Source: Nitrospirota bacterium (GTDB lineage: Bacteria > Nitrospirota > UBA9217). Taken from it: 64,000 nucleotides of DNA. Both the position numbers and the translations under genes were made by a program. Under the pieces are notes generated by a model. It made no database searches and was not told where the DNA came from. It worked only from the letters and a program-made list of their open reading frames with translations. Location: positions 128,001 through 192,000 of the forward strand of contig CAWIYV010000001.1 of assembly GCA_963840455.1 (NCBI GenBank), in the 5' to 3' direction. The first letter of the stretch is position 1; each line of letters opens with the position of its first letter. Positions 19,601 to 29,147 of the stretch are shown here, one piece after another.

Positions 19601-21406
19601 CTAAAGCCTCGCTATCTGCTGACCCCGCGATTCAACGTATTTTTTGACCCCCTCGAAGAGCGCCTCGGCAAGGTTCTGACGGTAGGCTTCCTTCTTTAAG
19701 AGCGTTTCCTCATCCGGATTACTGATGAATCCCACCTCCGCCAGTATGCTCGGCATCTCCGTGTTGATCAACACATAGAAGAACGCACGCTTCACCTTCA
19801 GATCGACCACCTTCTTCTGCGTCCTTTTCACATTGCTGATGAGCGCTCCCTGGACGGCATGGGCAAGCTGGAGAGACTCTTCCTGCTTGTCATCAGTGCG
19901 GAGGTCCTTCAGGATACGGTCGAGCTCGTTTCCCAACTGGCTCAGCGTCTTGCTGGATGTGGCGTTCTCGAAGGCCGCCGTTGCCATGGCGTCCCGGTCG
20001 GAAGCACGCAGGCTCTGGATGTAGGTCTCGATGCCCCGCGCCTTCCTCTTGCGGTTGGCATTCACGTGGATCGACACGAACAGGTCGGCGCCTTTCGATT
20101 TTGCGATGAACGGCCGTTGCTCGAGCTCGATGAAGACATCACGGTCGCGCGTCATGACGACCTCGCAGCCCAGCCGCTCCTTCACGAGCACGGCGAGCCG
20201 CTTGGCCACATCGAGCGTGATGTTCTTTTCCTTCAGCCCGCTCTTGCCGATCGCACCGGGGTCCTTGCCGCCATGGCCTGCGTCAATGGCAATGGTCTTG
20301 ATCTTGAGCCCCAGCTGCCGCGACAGGGACAACTTGGGGTCTGCTTTCGTGGACCGCTCGGTCTTCGGCACCGGAGGCGAAGGCGCGGGGGGCGCCGGCG
20401 GCTCAGGCTTGGCCTCAGCCTCTTTGTCCACAGGCGCTGCGGAAGGGTTTTCCGTCCCCTGCTCTGCATCGGCCGCATCCCCCGTGACGTCGATCACGAG
20501 CCGTTCAGGCTCGTGGAGCGGAAAGGCCGCATAGCTCTTGAGGCTCGCGAGGTCCAGCACCACGCGGACCGTGTCCGGCGCGTACTGGCTCGTACGCACC
20601 TGTTTCAGGATCCCGTCGTTCACGGGCAGCGGGTCCTTTTCAACGGAATCGTCCACCCGCGCGCCGAGGATGTCGAACACCAGACGGTCCGGGTTCTTGA
20701 GCTCGTGGGCCTGGAACTTGAGCATCCGGTCCTGGTCGATCACAATACGGGTATAGGCGCCGCCGGACCAGTACCGTACGTTCGTGACAATGCCCGCTTC
20801 CTTCGGCTTGCCCGGTGCCGCGATGATCGTTTCGGGCATTTTGCGGATCTCCGGCTCTTTCTTCTTTTTCTTGCTGTTCCGGGCCATGACCTTGATGCCA
20901 AGGCGCGCCTTTGCCTTATCGGTCCATGAGCTTGCAGGATAGGCCTCCGCCAGCTTCTTATAGGTATCCATTGCCGAAGCAGTGTCCTTCTTCTGCTCCT
21001 TGGCAATGATGATCACGCGGTAGAGGGCTTCAGGTGCACGGTCGTGTTTTGGATAGGATGCCTGGCACCTTGCGAATGAACGGGAGGCCTCGTTGAGGTC
21101 CTTGGACCAGCGGTTCAGCTGATATAGATCAAGATAGACCTCGGCGCGCTCGAAGCAGGAGTCCGCTGCGGAGGGGGTGGAGGGATATTTCTTTTCTACC
21201 AGCTCGAAGGTGCGGACGCAGTCCATCCAGTAGGAACGGTACTTTTTCTTTTTGGGGGATCGTTTTAGATCTGCGAGGCGCTCGCGGGCGACAGCAAGCT
21301 TGTGCCCGGCCTCGGTATTATAGGACGGGAAAGCATCGGCGGAGAACAGCAGCAGGAGTGTGCTTGCCAGGATGGCCGCCAGCAATGTACGGCCGCGTAT
21401 CACCAT
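19601..21406 (-). CDS. N-acetylmuramoyl-L-alanine amidase with TPR-like and AMIN domains (AmiC-like)
   Basis: Signal peptide, helical repeats, two RLVFD/RLVID AMIN strands, IDAGHGGKDPG, SIHVNA and EVGFISN; start at 21406 preferred. Confidence 0.9.
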   Translation of the reverse strand: MVIRGRTLLAAILASTLLLLFSADAFPSYNTEAGHKLAVARERLADLKRSPKKKKYRSYWMDCVRTFELVEKKYPSTPSAADSCFERAEVYLDLYQLNRWSKDLNEASRSFARCQASYPKHDRAPEALYRVIIIAKEQKKDTASAMDTYKKLAEAYPASSWTDKAKARLGIKVMARNSKKKKKEPEIRKMPETIIAAPGKPKEAGIVTNVRYWSGGAYTRIVIDQDRMLKFQAHELKNPDRLVFDILGARVDDSVEKDPLPVNDGILKQVRTSQYAPDTVRVVLDLASLKSYAAFPLHEPERLVIDVTGDAADAEQGTENPSAAPVDKEAEAKPEPPAPPAPSPPVPKTERSTKADPKLSLSRQLGLKIKTIAIDAGHGGKDPGAIGKSGLKEKNITLDVAKRLAVLVKERLGCEVVMTRDRDVFIELEQRPFIAKSKGADLFVSIHVNANRKRKARGIETYIQSLRASDRDAMATAAFENATSSKTLSQLGNELDRILKDLRTDDKQEESLQLAHAVQGALISNVKRTQKKVVDLKVKRAFFYVLINTEMPSILAEVGFISNPDEETLLKKEAYRQNLAEALFEGVKKYVESRGQQIARL

Positions 21407-21449
21407 AATTTTCTGCTGTTTTTTAACCGAAATACGGGTGGATGTCAAT

Positions 21450-21479
21450 AAAAAAAGGCCCCGGTGCTTCGGGGCCTTT
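21450..21479 (-). terminator. Intrinsic terminator after rplT
   Basis: AAAGGCCCCG-AAGCAC-CGGGGCCTTTTTTT. Confidence 0.85.
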
Positions 21480-21502
21480 GACCTTTTACTGCGGTTCACT
21501 GC

Positions 21503-21859
21503 CTACGCGGTCGCGGTCTTGGCGGATTCGGCAAGCTTGGTGAAACCCGCCGGATCGGATATGGCAAGGTCCGCGAGGATCTTGCGGTCCAGCGCCACAC
21601 CGTTCTTTGCCAGACCGGCGATGAACTTGCTGTAGGACAGTCCGTTCAGCCTGGCCGCCGCATTGATGCGCGCGATCCACAGCCGGCGGAAATCCCGCTT
21701 GCGGGCCTTGCGGTCCCGGTACGCATATTTCAGTGCATGGTCAACGGCTTCAGTAGCAGGGCGGAACAGCTTTGATTTTGCTCCCCAGTAACCCTCTGCT
21801 AGGTTGAGAACCCGCTTCCTTCTGGCCCGTGTTTTCGGGCCTCCTTTTGCTCTCGGCAT
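21503..21859 (-). CDS. rplT: 50S ribosomal protein L20
   Basis: [30 protein letters not shown]. Confidence 0.98.
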   Translation of the reverse strand: MPRAKGGPKTRARRKRVLNLAEGYWGAKSKLFRPATEAVDHALKYAYRDRKARKRDFRRLWIARINAAARLNGLSYSKFIAGLAKNGVALDRKILADLAISDPAGFTKLAESAKTATA

Positions 21860-21972
21860 TGTACTATCCTCCTCGTAAATAGATCCCTGCTCACCCGAAG
21901 GATTGGCGGGAGATCAGGATGCCTTTTCCCTGATGCTCTCCGCATCCTCTGCAGCTCATGGTAAATCAGTCC

Positions 21973-22179
21973 TTAGTTCCCGTACGGGAGCATCCGTTTG
22001 ATGTTCGTGAGATTGTCCTTGTTCACTTCCACCGAGCCGGTCAGCCGGCGTCTCCGGGTGGCGTTCTTGCCGGTCAGCAGATGGCCCTTCCAGCCCTTCC
22101 TCCGCATCACCTTGCCTGATCCGGTCACCTTCAGCCTCTTGGCGGCGCTCCGGTTCGTCTTCAATTTCATCTTTGCCAT
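21973..22179 (-). CDS. rpmI: 50S ribosomal protein L35
   Basis: KLKTNRSAAKRLKVTGSGK..HLLTGK..MLPY. Confidence 0.95.
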   Translation of the reverse strand: MAKMKLKTNRSAAKRLKVTGSGKVMRRKGWKGHLLTGKNATRRRRLTGSVEVNKDNLTNIKRMLPYGN

Positions 22180-22269
22180 GGTGCTCCCCTTTCCCTCACG
22201 TCTATGATAAGTCGCCGATAATAGTTACGGGACCCTTTGCCGGTCAGCTCTCTCAGGCCGGGCCCCGGA

Positions 22270-22788
22270 TCATTTCTGGGGTTTTGCTGCAAGCATCAGG
22301 TACATGTTCCTTCCTTCCATGCGCGGGTGCTGTTCAACGATGGCAACCTGCTCGAGGTCCTTCACGATGCGCTCAAGGAGCGCCCGCCCCTGCTCCGGAT
22401 GGGCCATTTCCCTGCCCCGGAACATGATGCTGACCTTCACCTTGTCGCCGCCTTCAAGGAAACGCTTGATGTTGTTCGTCTTGAACGCGATATCGTGGTC
22501 GTCGGTCCGCGGCCTGAGCTTGATCTCCTTGACGGCAATGACCGTCTGATGTTTCTTGGACTCATGGGCCTTTTTGTTCATCTCGTACTTGTACTTGCCG
22601 AAGTCCATGATTCGGCAGACCGGCGGGACCGCCGTCGGCGCCACTTCCACCAGGTCGAGCCCCGATTCCTCGGCCTTCTGGAGCGCCTCGCGGAGCAGCA
22701 TGACCCCGAGCTGCTCGCCTTCCGAAGCGATGACGCGCACCTCCCTGGCCCTGATCAAATGATTGATCCTTGTCGTTATCTTAGAAAT
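22270..22788 (-). CDS. infC: Translation initiation factor IF-3, probable ATT start
   Basis: RINHLIRAREVRVI, DLVEVAP and KEIKLRP motifs; no ATG; ATT at 22788 lies 7 nt after a GGGGTG SD that overlaps the thrS stop. Confidence 0.93.
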   Translation of the reverse strand: MSKITTRINHLIRAREVRVIASEGEQLGVMLLREALQKAEESGLDLVEVAPTAVPPVCRIMDFGKYKYEMNKKAHESKKHQTVIAVKEIKLRPRTDDHDIAFKTNNIKRFLEGGDKVKVSIMFRGREMAHPEQGRALLERIVKDLEQVAIVEQHPRMEGRNMYLMLAAKPQK

Positions 22789-22794
22789 AAACAA

Positions 22795-24735
22795 TCACCC
22801 CCTTGTCAATTCTGTTGTCGTGCTTTTGCTGGCAATGATATCCGTTACACGGTTCATAAACTCATCAAGCGGCATGGCACCGAGGTCTTTTCCGCCCCGT
22901 TCGCGCACTGCCACCGTATTCTGCTCGATCTCTTTGTCCCCCACCACCAGGATGTAGGGGACCTTTTCCATGGCAGCCTCGCGGATCTTGAAGCCGATCT
23001 TTTCGGACCGGGGATCCAGCTCCGCCCGGATGCCAGCTGCGCGAAGCCGGTCGCGCACGCCCTTGGCGTAGTCGAACTGCTTGTCGGAGATGGACAGGAC
23101 CTTTGCCTGCACCGGAGCGAGCCACACCGGGAACGCGCCGGCATAGTGTTCGATCAGCATGCCGAAGAACCGTTCGATCGATCCCAGGAGCGCCCGATGG
23201 ATCATGTAGGGCCGGTGAGCCTGGTTGTCCACGCCGACAAAGGTCATATCAAACCGTTCCGACATGTTAAAATCGAACTGCACGGTGGAACACTGCCACA
23301 ACCGTCCAAGGGCGTCCTTGATCTTGATATCGATCTTCGGCCCGTAGAAAGCGCCCCCGCCCTCATCTATTTCGTAGCTCAGGCCGACCTTTTCAGCGGC
23401 AACCTTGAGGGCTTGGGTAGCCTGCTCCCAGCGGGAACTCTCTCCCACTGACTTTTCCGGTCGCGTAGCAACATAGGCCTTAAAATCATCAAATCCAAAC
23501 GTCCGAAGCATCTTGACCACGAACGCGAGAACGCTGATGACCTCTGTTTCCATGTCTTCGGGTGCCACGAAAATATGCGCGTCGTCTTGAGTAAATCCGC
23601 GAACGCGAAGCAACCCATGCAGCACGCCCGAGCGCTCGAACCGGTATACCGTACCCAGCTCCGCATACCGCAGCGGCAGTTCACGGTATGAGCGCAGCTT
23701 GTTCTTGTAGATCATGATATGGAACGGGCAGTTCATCGGCTTTACATAATATTCCTGCCCCTCTATATCCATGGAGGAATACATGTTCTCCCGGTAAAAA
23801 CCGAGATGGCCCGACGTTTCCCACAAAGAACCGCGTCCAACATGAGGAGAATACACGAAATCGTATCCGCTCTTCAAGTGTTCGTCGCGCCAGAAATCCT
23901 CGATGGTCTTCCGGATCAGCGCGCCCTTCGGGTGCCACAGGACCAGTCCGCCTCCGGATTCCTCGGAGATGGAGAACAGGTCCAGGTCCTTGCCGAGTTT
24001 CCGGTGATCGCGCCTTTTGATCTCTTCAAGCCGCGTGACGTATTCATCCAACGCTTCCTTGTTCGGGAACGAGATGCCGTAGATGCGCTGAAGCATCTTG
24101 TTCTTCTCGCTGCCGCGCCAGTAGGCGCCTGCAATGGAAAGCAGCTTGAACGCCTTGATCCTGGCCGTGGATGGAACGTGGGGACCGCGGCAAAGGTCGG
24201 CAAAGTCCCCCTGCTCATAGATCGAGATCGCTTCATCGGGCAGTTCGCCGATAAGCTCCGCCTTGTAGGTCTCGCCTCTGTTGTTAAAGAACGCCAAGGC
24301 ATCGGCCTTGGAAATGTCTTTTCTTGTGATCGGCGTGGCCGCTTTGGCCAGCTCCGTCATTTTCTTTTCGATCTTCTCGAGGTCCTCGGGCGTAAAGGGA
24401 CGTTCGAGGTCGAAATCATAGTAGAACCCCTCTTCGATCGCAGGACCGATGGCAAGTTTTGCCTGCGGAAAGAGCTGCTTGACCGCATGCGCCATAAGGT
24501 GCGAAGTGCTGTGCCAGTACACTTCGTGTCCCTCAATGCTGTCAAACGTGAGGATCGCTATGGAAGCATCTTGCTCAACAGGAAGGTTCAGGTCCTGAAG
24601 CCGTCCATCGATCTTGATGGCGAGGGCGTCCTTTGCCAGGCGGGAACCAATCTTCTCGGCTACTCCCTGACCGGTGATGCCTGCGGGCACCCGTCTTTCG
24701 GAGCCGTCAGGCAGCCTCAGCCGTATCTCACTCAT
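22795..24735 (-). CDS. thrS: Threonine--tRNA ligase
   Basis: TGS domain; [25 protein letters not shown] and GAFYGPKID motifs. Confidence 0.98.
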   Translation of the reverse strand: MSEIRLRLPDGSERRVPAGITGQGVAEKIGSRLAKDALAIKIDGRLQDLNLPVEQDASIAILTFDSIEGHEVYWHSTSHLMAHAVKQLFPQAKLAIGPAIEEGFYYDFDLERPFTPEDLEKIEKKMTELAKAATPITRKDISKADALAFFNNRGETYKAELIGELPDEAISIYEQGDFADLCRGPHVPSTARIKAFKLLSIAGAYWRGSEKNKMLQRIYGISFPNKEALDEYVTRLEEIKRRDHRKLGKDLDLFSISEESGGGLVLWHPKGALIRKTIEDFWRDEHLKSGYDFVYSPHVGRGSLWETSGHLGFYRENMYSSMDIEGQEYYVKPMNCPFHIMIYKNKLRSYRELPLRYAELGTVYRFERSGVLHGLLRVRGFTQDDAHIFVAPEDMETEVISVLAFVVKMLRTFGFDDFKAYVATRPEKSVGESSRWEQATQALKVAAEKVGLSYEIDEGGGAFYGPKIDIKIKDALGRLWQCSTVQFDFNMSERFDMTFVGVDNQAHRPYMIHRALLGSIERFFGMLIEHYAGAFPVWLAPVQAKVLSISDKQFDYAKGVRDRLRAAGIRAELDPRSEKIGFKIREAAMEKVPYILVVGDKEIEQNTVAVRERGGKDLGAMPLDEFMNRVTDIIASKSTTTELTRG

Positions 24736-24777
24736 AGTTTGTCATGTTCTCTTATCGTGTTGATATACCAAGGAAAA

Positions 24778-24852
24778 TGGTAGGCCCGGGCGGTTTCGAA
24801 CCGCCGACCTCTACCGTGTCAAGGTAGCGCTCTCCCACTGAGCTACGAGCCT
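24778..24852 (-). tRNA. tRNA-Val(GAC)
   Basis: Cloverleaf AGGCTCG...CTACC-TT-GAC-AC-GGTAG...GGTTCGAAA...CGGGCCT-ACCA. Confidence 0.95.
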
Positions 24853-24873
24853 ATGGACCTTTAGTGACCGTGA

Positions 24874-24902
24874 ATTCTATGAAATTTCCGGTTGTTTGTC
24901 AA
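24874..24902 (-). promoter_or_regulatory. Sigma70 promoter for tRNA-Val/thrS
   Basis: TTGACA-N17-TAGAAT. Confidence 0.7.
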
Positions 24903-25142
24903 GGATAAAAACCTTGATTTCACAGAACATATTATCGTTTGGGGAAATCGGTGAACGAAGGGCAAACCACGAGGAAGATTAGGACAAAACCGGTATGATA
25001 AATTTGCGCACTACGACATTTGCGGACGAACTGCGATGATCGAAGGGCACGGGCAGTTTCCGGGAATGTATTTACACATTTTTCTTCACGGATTCATTCA
25101 TTACAATTGATCATTGGCTTATCTATTTTTTAATTAAAGAAC

Positions 25143-25173
25143 AAAATAAGCCGATCACGTAGTGACCGGCTTA
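25143..25173 (-). terminator. Terminator-like hairpin after tRNA-Arg
   Basis: TAAGCCG..CGGCTTA stem followed by TTTT on the minus strand. Confidence 0.6.
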
Positions 25174-25185
25174 ACAAAGCTTTAT

Positions 25186-25262
25186 TGGTGCCCCTGGGGT
25201 GATTCGAACACCCGGCACGCGGTTTAGGAAACCGCTGCTCTATCCACCTGAGCTACAGGGGC
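25186..25262 (-). tRNA. tRNA-Arg(CCT)
   Basis: GCCCCTG...GCGGT-TT-CCT-AA-ACCGC...GTTCGAAT...CAGGGGC-ACCA. Confidence 0.95.
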
Positions 25263-25267
25263 GTTAA

Positions 25268-25357
25268 ATTGCGGATTTCGGATTGCGGAATACTGCATTG
25301 AAGGTCTCCTTTGTCTTTGCTTTTTCAATCCGCAATCTGCAATCCGAAATCCGCAAT
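25268..25357. repeat. Inverted arrays of a heptamer (AATCCGC/AATCCGA-type)
   Basis: ATTGCGGATTTCGGATTGCGGA ... AATCCGCAATCTGCAATCCGAAATCCGCAAT, able to form a long hairpin. Confidence 0.8.
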
Positions 25358-25360
25358 ATA

Positions 25361-26332
25361 TTAAAGCATTCCCTCCAGGTCTATCTTCTTCCGCTTGGTA
25401 ATGGCCCGGAGCTTGTTCAGCGCCTGCGTCTCGATCTGACGCACCCGCTCCCGGGTGATGCCGAACTCTTTACCGATGCTGTCCAGGGTCATGGGCTCGC
25501 CGTCGTTCAGGCCGAACCGCATTTCCACGACCTTCTTTTCGCTCACCGAGAGCTGCTTCAGCCAATCGTCAATGTGCTCTCTCCGGCGGATATCATCGGA
25601 AAAGCTCGCCGGAGACAGGGCGTTGGTGTCCTGAAGGATGTCCTTGAGCGTGTCCTCTTCCTGGTCGCCGATGAGCATGTCCAGGGAATAGGTCTCACGC
25701 ACCACCTGAGAGATGCTCCGTACCTTGTCTATGGTAACCTTCATCTTCTTGGCGACCTCCTCTGTGGAGGGGTCCCGGCCGAGCTTCTGGGTCAGCTGGC
25801 GATTAGCGCGCATGTAGGAATTCACGATCTCGGCGATGTGCACGGGAAGGCGGATCGTGCGTGTCTGGTTCACGATGGCCCGTTCAATCGACTGTTTGAT
25901 CCACCAGGACGCATAGGTGCTGAATTTGAATCCCCGCTGGTACTGGAACTTCTCGACAGCACGGATGAGCCCCAGGTTGCCCTCCTCGATGATATCGGAG
26001 AACGGGAGACCGCGATTGATGTATTTCTTCCCGATAGCGACCACAAGCCGCAGGTTTGCCTCGATCATCCGTGCACGGGCTTCCTGGTCGCCCTGGGCGA
26101 TCAACTTTGCAAGTGATTGTTCCTGCTCGAAGGTAAGGAGGGGTGTCCTGCGGATTTCCTTGAGGTAATACTTGATGGCATCGAGACCTTTTTGGGATGA
26201 GCCCGCCTCGTCGTCGCCGCTGCCCGGTTGTTCCTTCTGGTTCAGCTTGTCCTGTGCGTCCTTTTCATCAAGCTCTTCGCCGTACTGCTCCGTGCCCATA
26301 ACGTCATCGACCGACCGTTCCCTCTCGCTCAT
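25361..26332 (-). CDS. Sigma-70 family RNA polymerase sigma factor, RpoS-like (no region 1.1)
   Basis: [32 protein letters not shown] and TRERVRQIE motifs; 323 aa. Confidence 0.9.
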   Translation of the reverse strand: MSERERSVDDVMGTEQYGEELDEKDAQDKLNQKEQPGSGDDEAGSSQKGLDAIKYYLKEIRRTPLLTFEQEQSLAKLIAQGDQEARARMIEANLRLVVAIGKKYINRGLPFSDIIEEGNLGLIRAVEKFQYQRGFKFSTYASWWIKQSIERAIVNQTRTIRLPVHIAEIVNSYMRANRQLTQKLGRDPSTEEVAKKMKVTIDKVRSISQVVRETYSLDMLIGDQEEDTLKDILQDTNALSPASFSDDIRRREHIDDWLKQLSVSEKKVVEMRFGLNDGEPMTLDSIGKEFGITRERVRQIETQALNKLRAITKRKKIDLEGML

Positions 26333-26411
26333 TCACTCCCCTTATGCCCGGGAAAATATCGTCAGCGATGCTGCGTTCCCTGCGAGCTTGAGTCACCGGA
26401 AAGATTAAGAA

Positions 26412-26489
<78 letters not shown>

Positions 26490-26524
26490 CAAGGCTGATA
26501 TAATATACTAACTTAGACTCTCTG

Positions 26525-27832
26525 TCAACGCTGTTTCTTCTTCGCCGCGATAAAATTGTCGAACGCTTCCTGAAAATAATCTTTCGACTGCCTGATGGTC
26601 TCCGGTACGCGTTTTTCGTAAAGGGCCCTGCCTTCGGTGATATCTTCATTCAGCAGGTCGTAGAACGTCCCCCTGGCTATGCCTTCAGCCACAGCCTCCT
26701 GATTGTACAGCGCAATATCGGAAACGATGAGCCGGGCGAACCGCCGCGCCCGTTCGACCTCTTCAGGATCCACCGCGACCTTCTGCGGTTCCTTCACCGG
26801 TGCTGCATACTCATCCTGTTCGAAGAAGGAAGCATCCAGCTTGAGCGACTCGTCCTGCATCGCCGGTCGCCTGATCTCCGGCTTCGGTGGTTCGGTCTTT
26901 GCTGCTACGGCCGGTGGCGGGGAGGTCTGCAGGGCTCTCGGCTCCTCAACCTTCGGCGGCGGAGCACCGGGGGCCGGTGATGACTGAGAAGAGAACCTCT
27001 TCCGGGCAATGTCGAGGGTCACCGGGACCTTGGGCAAAACGTCCGGAACTTCCGGCGCAATAAATCTTGCAGCCGGGACCTGCGGCGAATGTTTCGCTGT
27101 CATAGCGGCCGATGGTCGGGGGCTGAGTCCGGGAGCAGGCGATGCATCACCGGTCGATGCTGCCAGGTCCGGGGCAGCTGCCGGCTGGCCCGAGAGAAGC
27201 TGTCTGAGCTTCGGTACGAGCCTGTCCGGGATATGATGTTTTTCGATAAAATCGTCAGCACCGTAGAGCGTGACAGGATTTCGCTTATACGCCGTCAGGC
27301 CATATACGGAAGAAAGCAGGATGATCTTGATGTTCCGGGTGTCCGGGTCCCCTTTCAGGCGCTCACAGAGCTCAAAACCGTAGATACCGGTAAGGCCCAC
27401 ATCAACGATCATGACCTTGGGTTTGAGCGCAGTCGCCTTTTTGAGCGCATCAAGCCCGTCCGCGGCATGTACGACGGTCAGTCCTGCCTCCTTGACCACT
27501 CCCTGGACCATCTCAGCCACCAGCTTGCTGTCATGTGCCACGAGCATGAGCGAGGACGAAGGGGCAGGAACCGTTCTCTGCATAGACGCCGGTTCCGCTT
27601 TCGGCGCAGATACAGGTACCGTTACCGCCGGCGCCGGAGGTGGCGATGCAACGCTCGATGCCGGGGCGAACCAGGGCATGGCAGGTTCCGAAATAGGCTC
27701 TGATGCGGCAGGCGCAGACCTCCTGGCCAGATGGACCGTCCCGCATTTCGGACACTTGATCCGCACGCCGGCCTCGCTAAGCTTATCGTCGCTGACCTTG
27801 AGTTTCGCGCCGCATGTACAGGTTACGATCAT
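26525..27832 (-). CDS. Zinc-ribbon plus receiver-domain protein with Pro-rich linker and helical C-terminal domain
   Basis: MIVTCTC...KCPKC; REC domain (VMIVDVGL..GFELC..GADDFIEK); C-terminal ARRFARLIVSDIALYN; ATG overlaps the rhomboid stop. Confidence 0.8.
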   Translation of the reverse strand: MIVTCTCGAKLKVSDDKLSEAGVRIKCPKCGTVHLARRSAPAASEPISEPAMPWFAPASSVASPPPAPAVTVPVSAPKAEPASMQRTVPAPSSSLMLVAHDSKLVAEMVQGVVKEAGLTVVHAADGLDALKKATALKPKVMIVDVGLTGIYGFELCERLKGDPDTRNIKIILLSSVYGLTAYKRNPVTLYGADDFIEKHHIPDRLVPKLRQLLSGQPAAAPDLAASTGDASPAPGLSPRPSAAMTAKHSPQVPAARFIAPEVPDVLPKVPVTLDIARKRFSSQSSPAPGAPPPKVEEPRALQTSPPPAVAAKTEPPKPEIRRPAMQDESLKLDASFFEQDEYAAPVKEPQKVAVDPEEVERARRFARLIVSDIALYNQEAVAEGIARGTFYDLLNEDITEGRALYEKRVPETIRQSKDYFQEAFDNFIAAKKKQR

Positions 27833-28527
27833 AGAACGCCGTATCTCCTCCCGCCCCAGAACGGGACCGTGCTCCTCTTGAACAGGCCGATGAGCATCAT
27901 CCCGGCGAGGAAGCCGCCGATGTGCGCATACCATGCAACACCGCCGCCTTCCCCCTGCGTGACCAATGCGTTCAGGAACTGGAACACAAACCAGAAACCG
28001 AGGACGACAATCGAGGGAACCTCGATCATCCGTACAAAGAACCCCAGGATGAAGAGGGTCAGCACCCGCGCCTGCGGATACAGAATCAGGTACGCACCCA
28101 GTACGCCCGAAATGGCCCCCGATGCCCCGATCATCGGGACCAACGATTGCGTGTTCGTCATCGCGTGGCTGACCGCTGCAACCATGCCGCAGAGCAAGTA
28201 GAACACGATGAAGCGGAACCGCCCCATAGCGTCCTCGACGTTATTGCCGAAGATCCAGAGATACAGCATGTTCCCGGCAAGGTGGAACAGTCCCCCGTGC
28301 AGGAACATGGAGGTAAACAACGTCACCCCGGCGGGAAACGGCCCGGGTAACGCCGTGGCCGCGTGAAAGAGCCGGGCCGGGACCAGCGCGAATGCCCCAA
28401 CGAAATACTCCCCCTGCCCTTCGCCAAGAGAGATCTCATAGAGGAATACGAGGATGTTAAGCGCGATGAACAACACGGTGACGATGGGAAATCGTTCCGT
28501 GGGGTTGGAATCCTTCAGTGGTATCAC
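27829..28527 (-). CDS. Rhomboid family intramembrane serine protease
   Basis: SMFLHGG..HLAGNM, GASG catalytic Ser, AHIGG catalytic His. Confidence 0.93.
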   Translation of the reverse strand: MIPLKDSNPTERFPIVTVLFIALNILVFLYEISLGEGQGEYFVGAFALVPARLFHAATALPGPFPAGVTLFTSMFLHGGLFHLAGNMLYLWIFGNNVEDAMGRFRFIVFYLLCGMVAAVSHAMTNTQSLVPMIGASGAISGVLGAYLILYPQARVLTLFILGFFVRMIEVPSIVVLGFWFVFQFLNALVTQGEGGGVAWYAHIGGFLAGMMLIGLFKRSTVPFWGGRRYGVL

Positions 28528-28770
28528 AACTCAACCTCGTCGCGCCACCCGCCTCGCTGGCTGCTCTGCGAATCAGGGCGCCGCTGGCCACCTGACAACA
28601 ATAACTGAATAAAAATACAGGATTTTGTTGGCTTTGTCAATAAATGGAGGGGACCCGAGCGGCATCGAAACGCACGTACTCCAAGCCGAACAGGAGCTCA
28701 CATCCGGCCCGGAAAAGATCAGGCCCGCCGGAGATCCCCAAGTCGGGCCAGGGGGTCAGGCGCTGGTTGA

Positions 28771-29120
28771 CTATTTGTTCTTCCCTTCACCCATTGCCCT
28801 CACCGAGATGAACGGCACAGCACCGCCGGTCACATTGGGAAGATGTCCGTCCCATTTATCAATGGCCTTCATCTGGGCCTCCACCTCGCGCAGTCGCACG
28901 AGTTCGGGTGACATGGCCTGACGCTGGAGCCGGAGCGCCTCGGCCTCGCCTGGGCCGTGGCGATCCTCTGCTGCGCCTCCACCTTGATGCGGTCCAAGTC
29001 CCGCTTGGCCTTGAGCGCCAGCTGCTCAGCGGTCTGCTTGGATTCAATGGTTTTGCTGAATTCCGGCGAGAACTCGAAATCCGTGATCGAAAGCTCGACC
29101 ACCATGATGCCGAACGGCAC
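28771..29120 (-). pseudogene. Truncated, frameshifted prohibitin/SPFH (band 7) gene remnant
   Basis: ITDFEFSPEFSKTIESKQTAEQLALKAKRDL..AQA, then a missing base near 28948 and EAEALRLQ..KAIDKWDGHLP..TAG at 28771; N-terminal half absent. Confidence 0.75.
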
Positions 29121-29147
29121 CCCCGGCGAGCATTGGATCGCTCAATC

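Noticed and set aside
18989-19699. ORFs sharing the peptide EAPCSKLQGIFDP...SLTPQQA.GNALAPGF (also 34101..34478 and 52017..52439)
   Set aside because: This is a translation of the non-coding ~115-bp repeat, not a protein family
24955-25010. c-di-GMP-I riboswitch-like GGGCAAACC...GGAC
   Set aside because: The P1 stem does not pair, the GACGCAAA and P2 elements are missing, and it is not oriented toward a downstream gene
25268-25357. CRISPR array
   Set aside because: Units are 7 nt with no unique spacers; no cas genes or repeat-spacer arrays were seen in the window
28625-28770. Possible SRP or 6S RNA in a GC-rich intergenic stretch
   Set aside because: It lacks the SRP GGAAGGAAGCAGC core and any long 6S-like duplex
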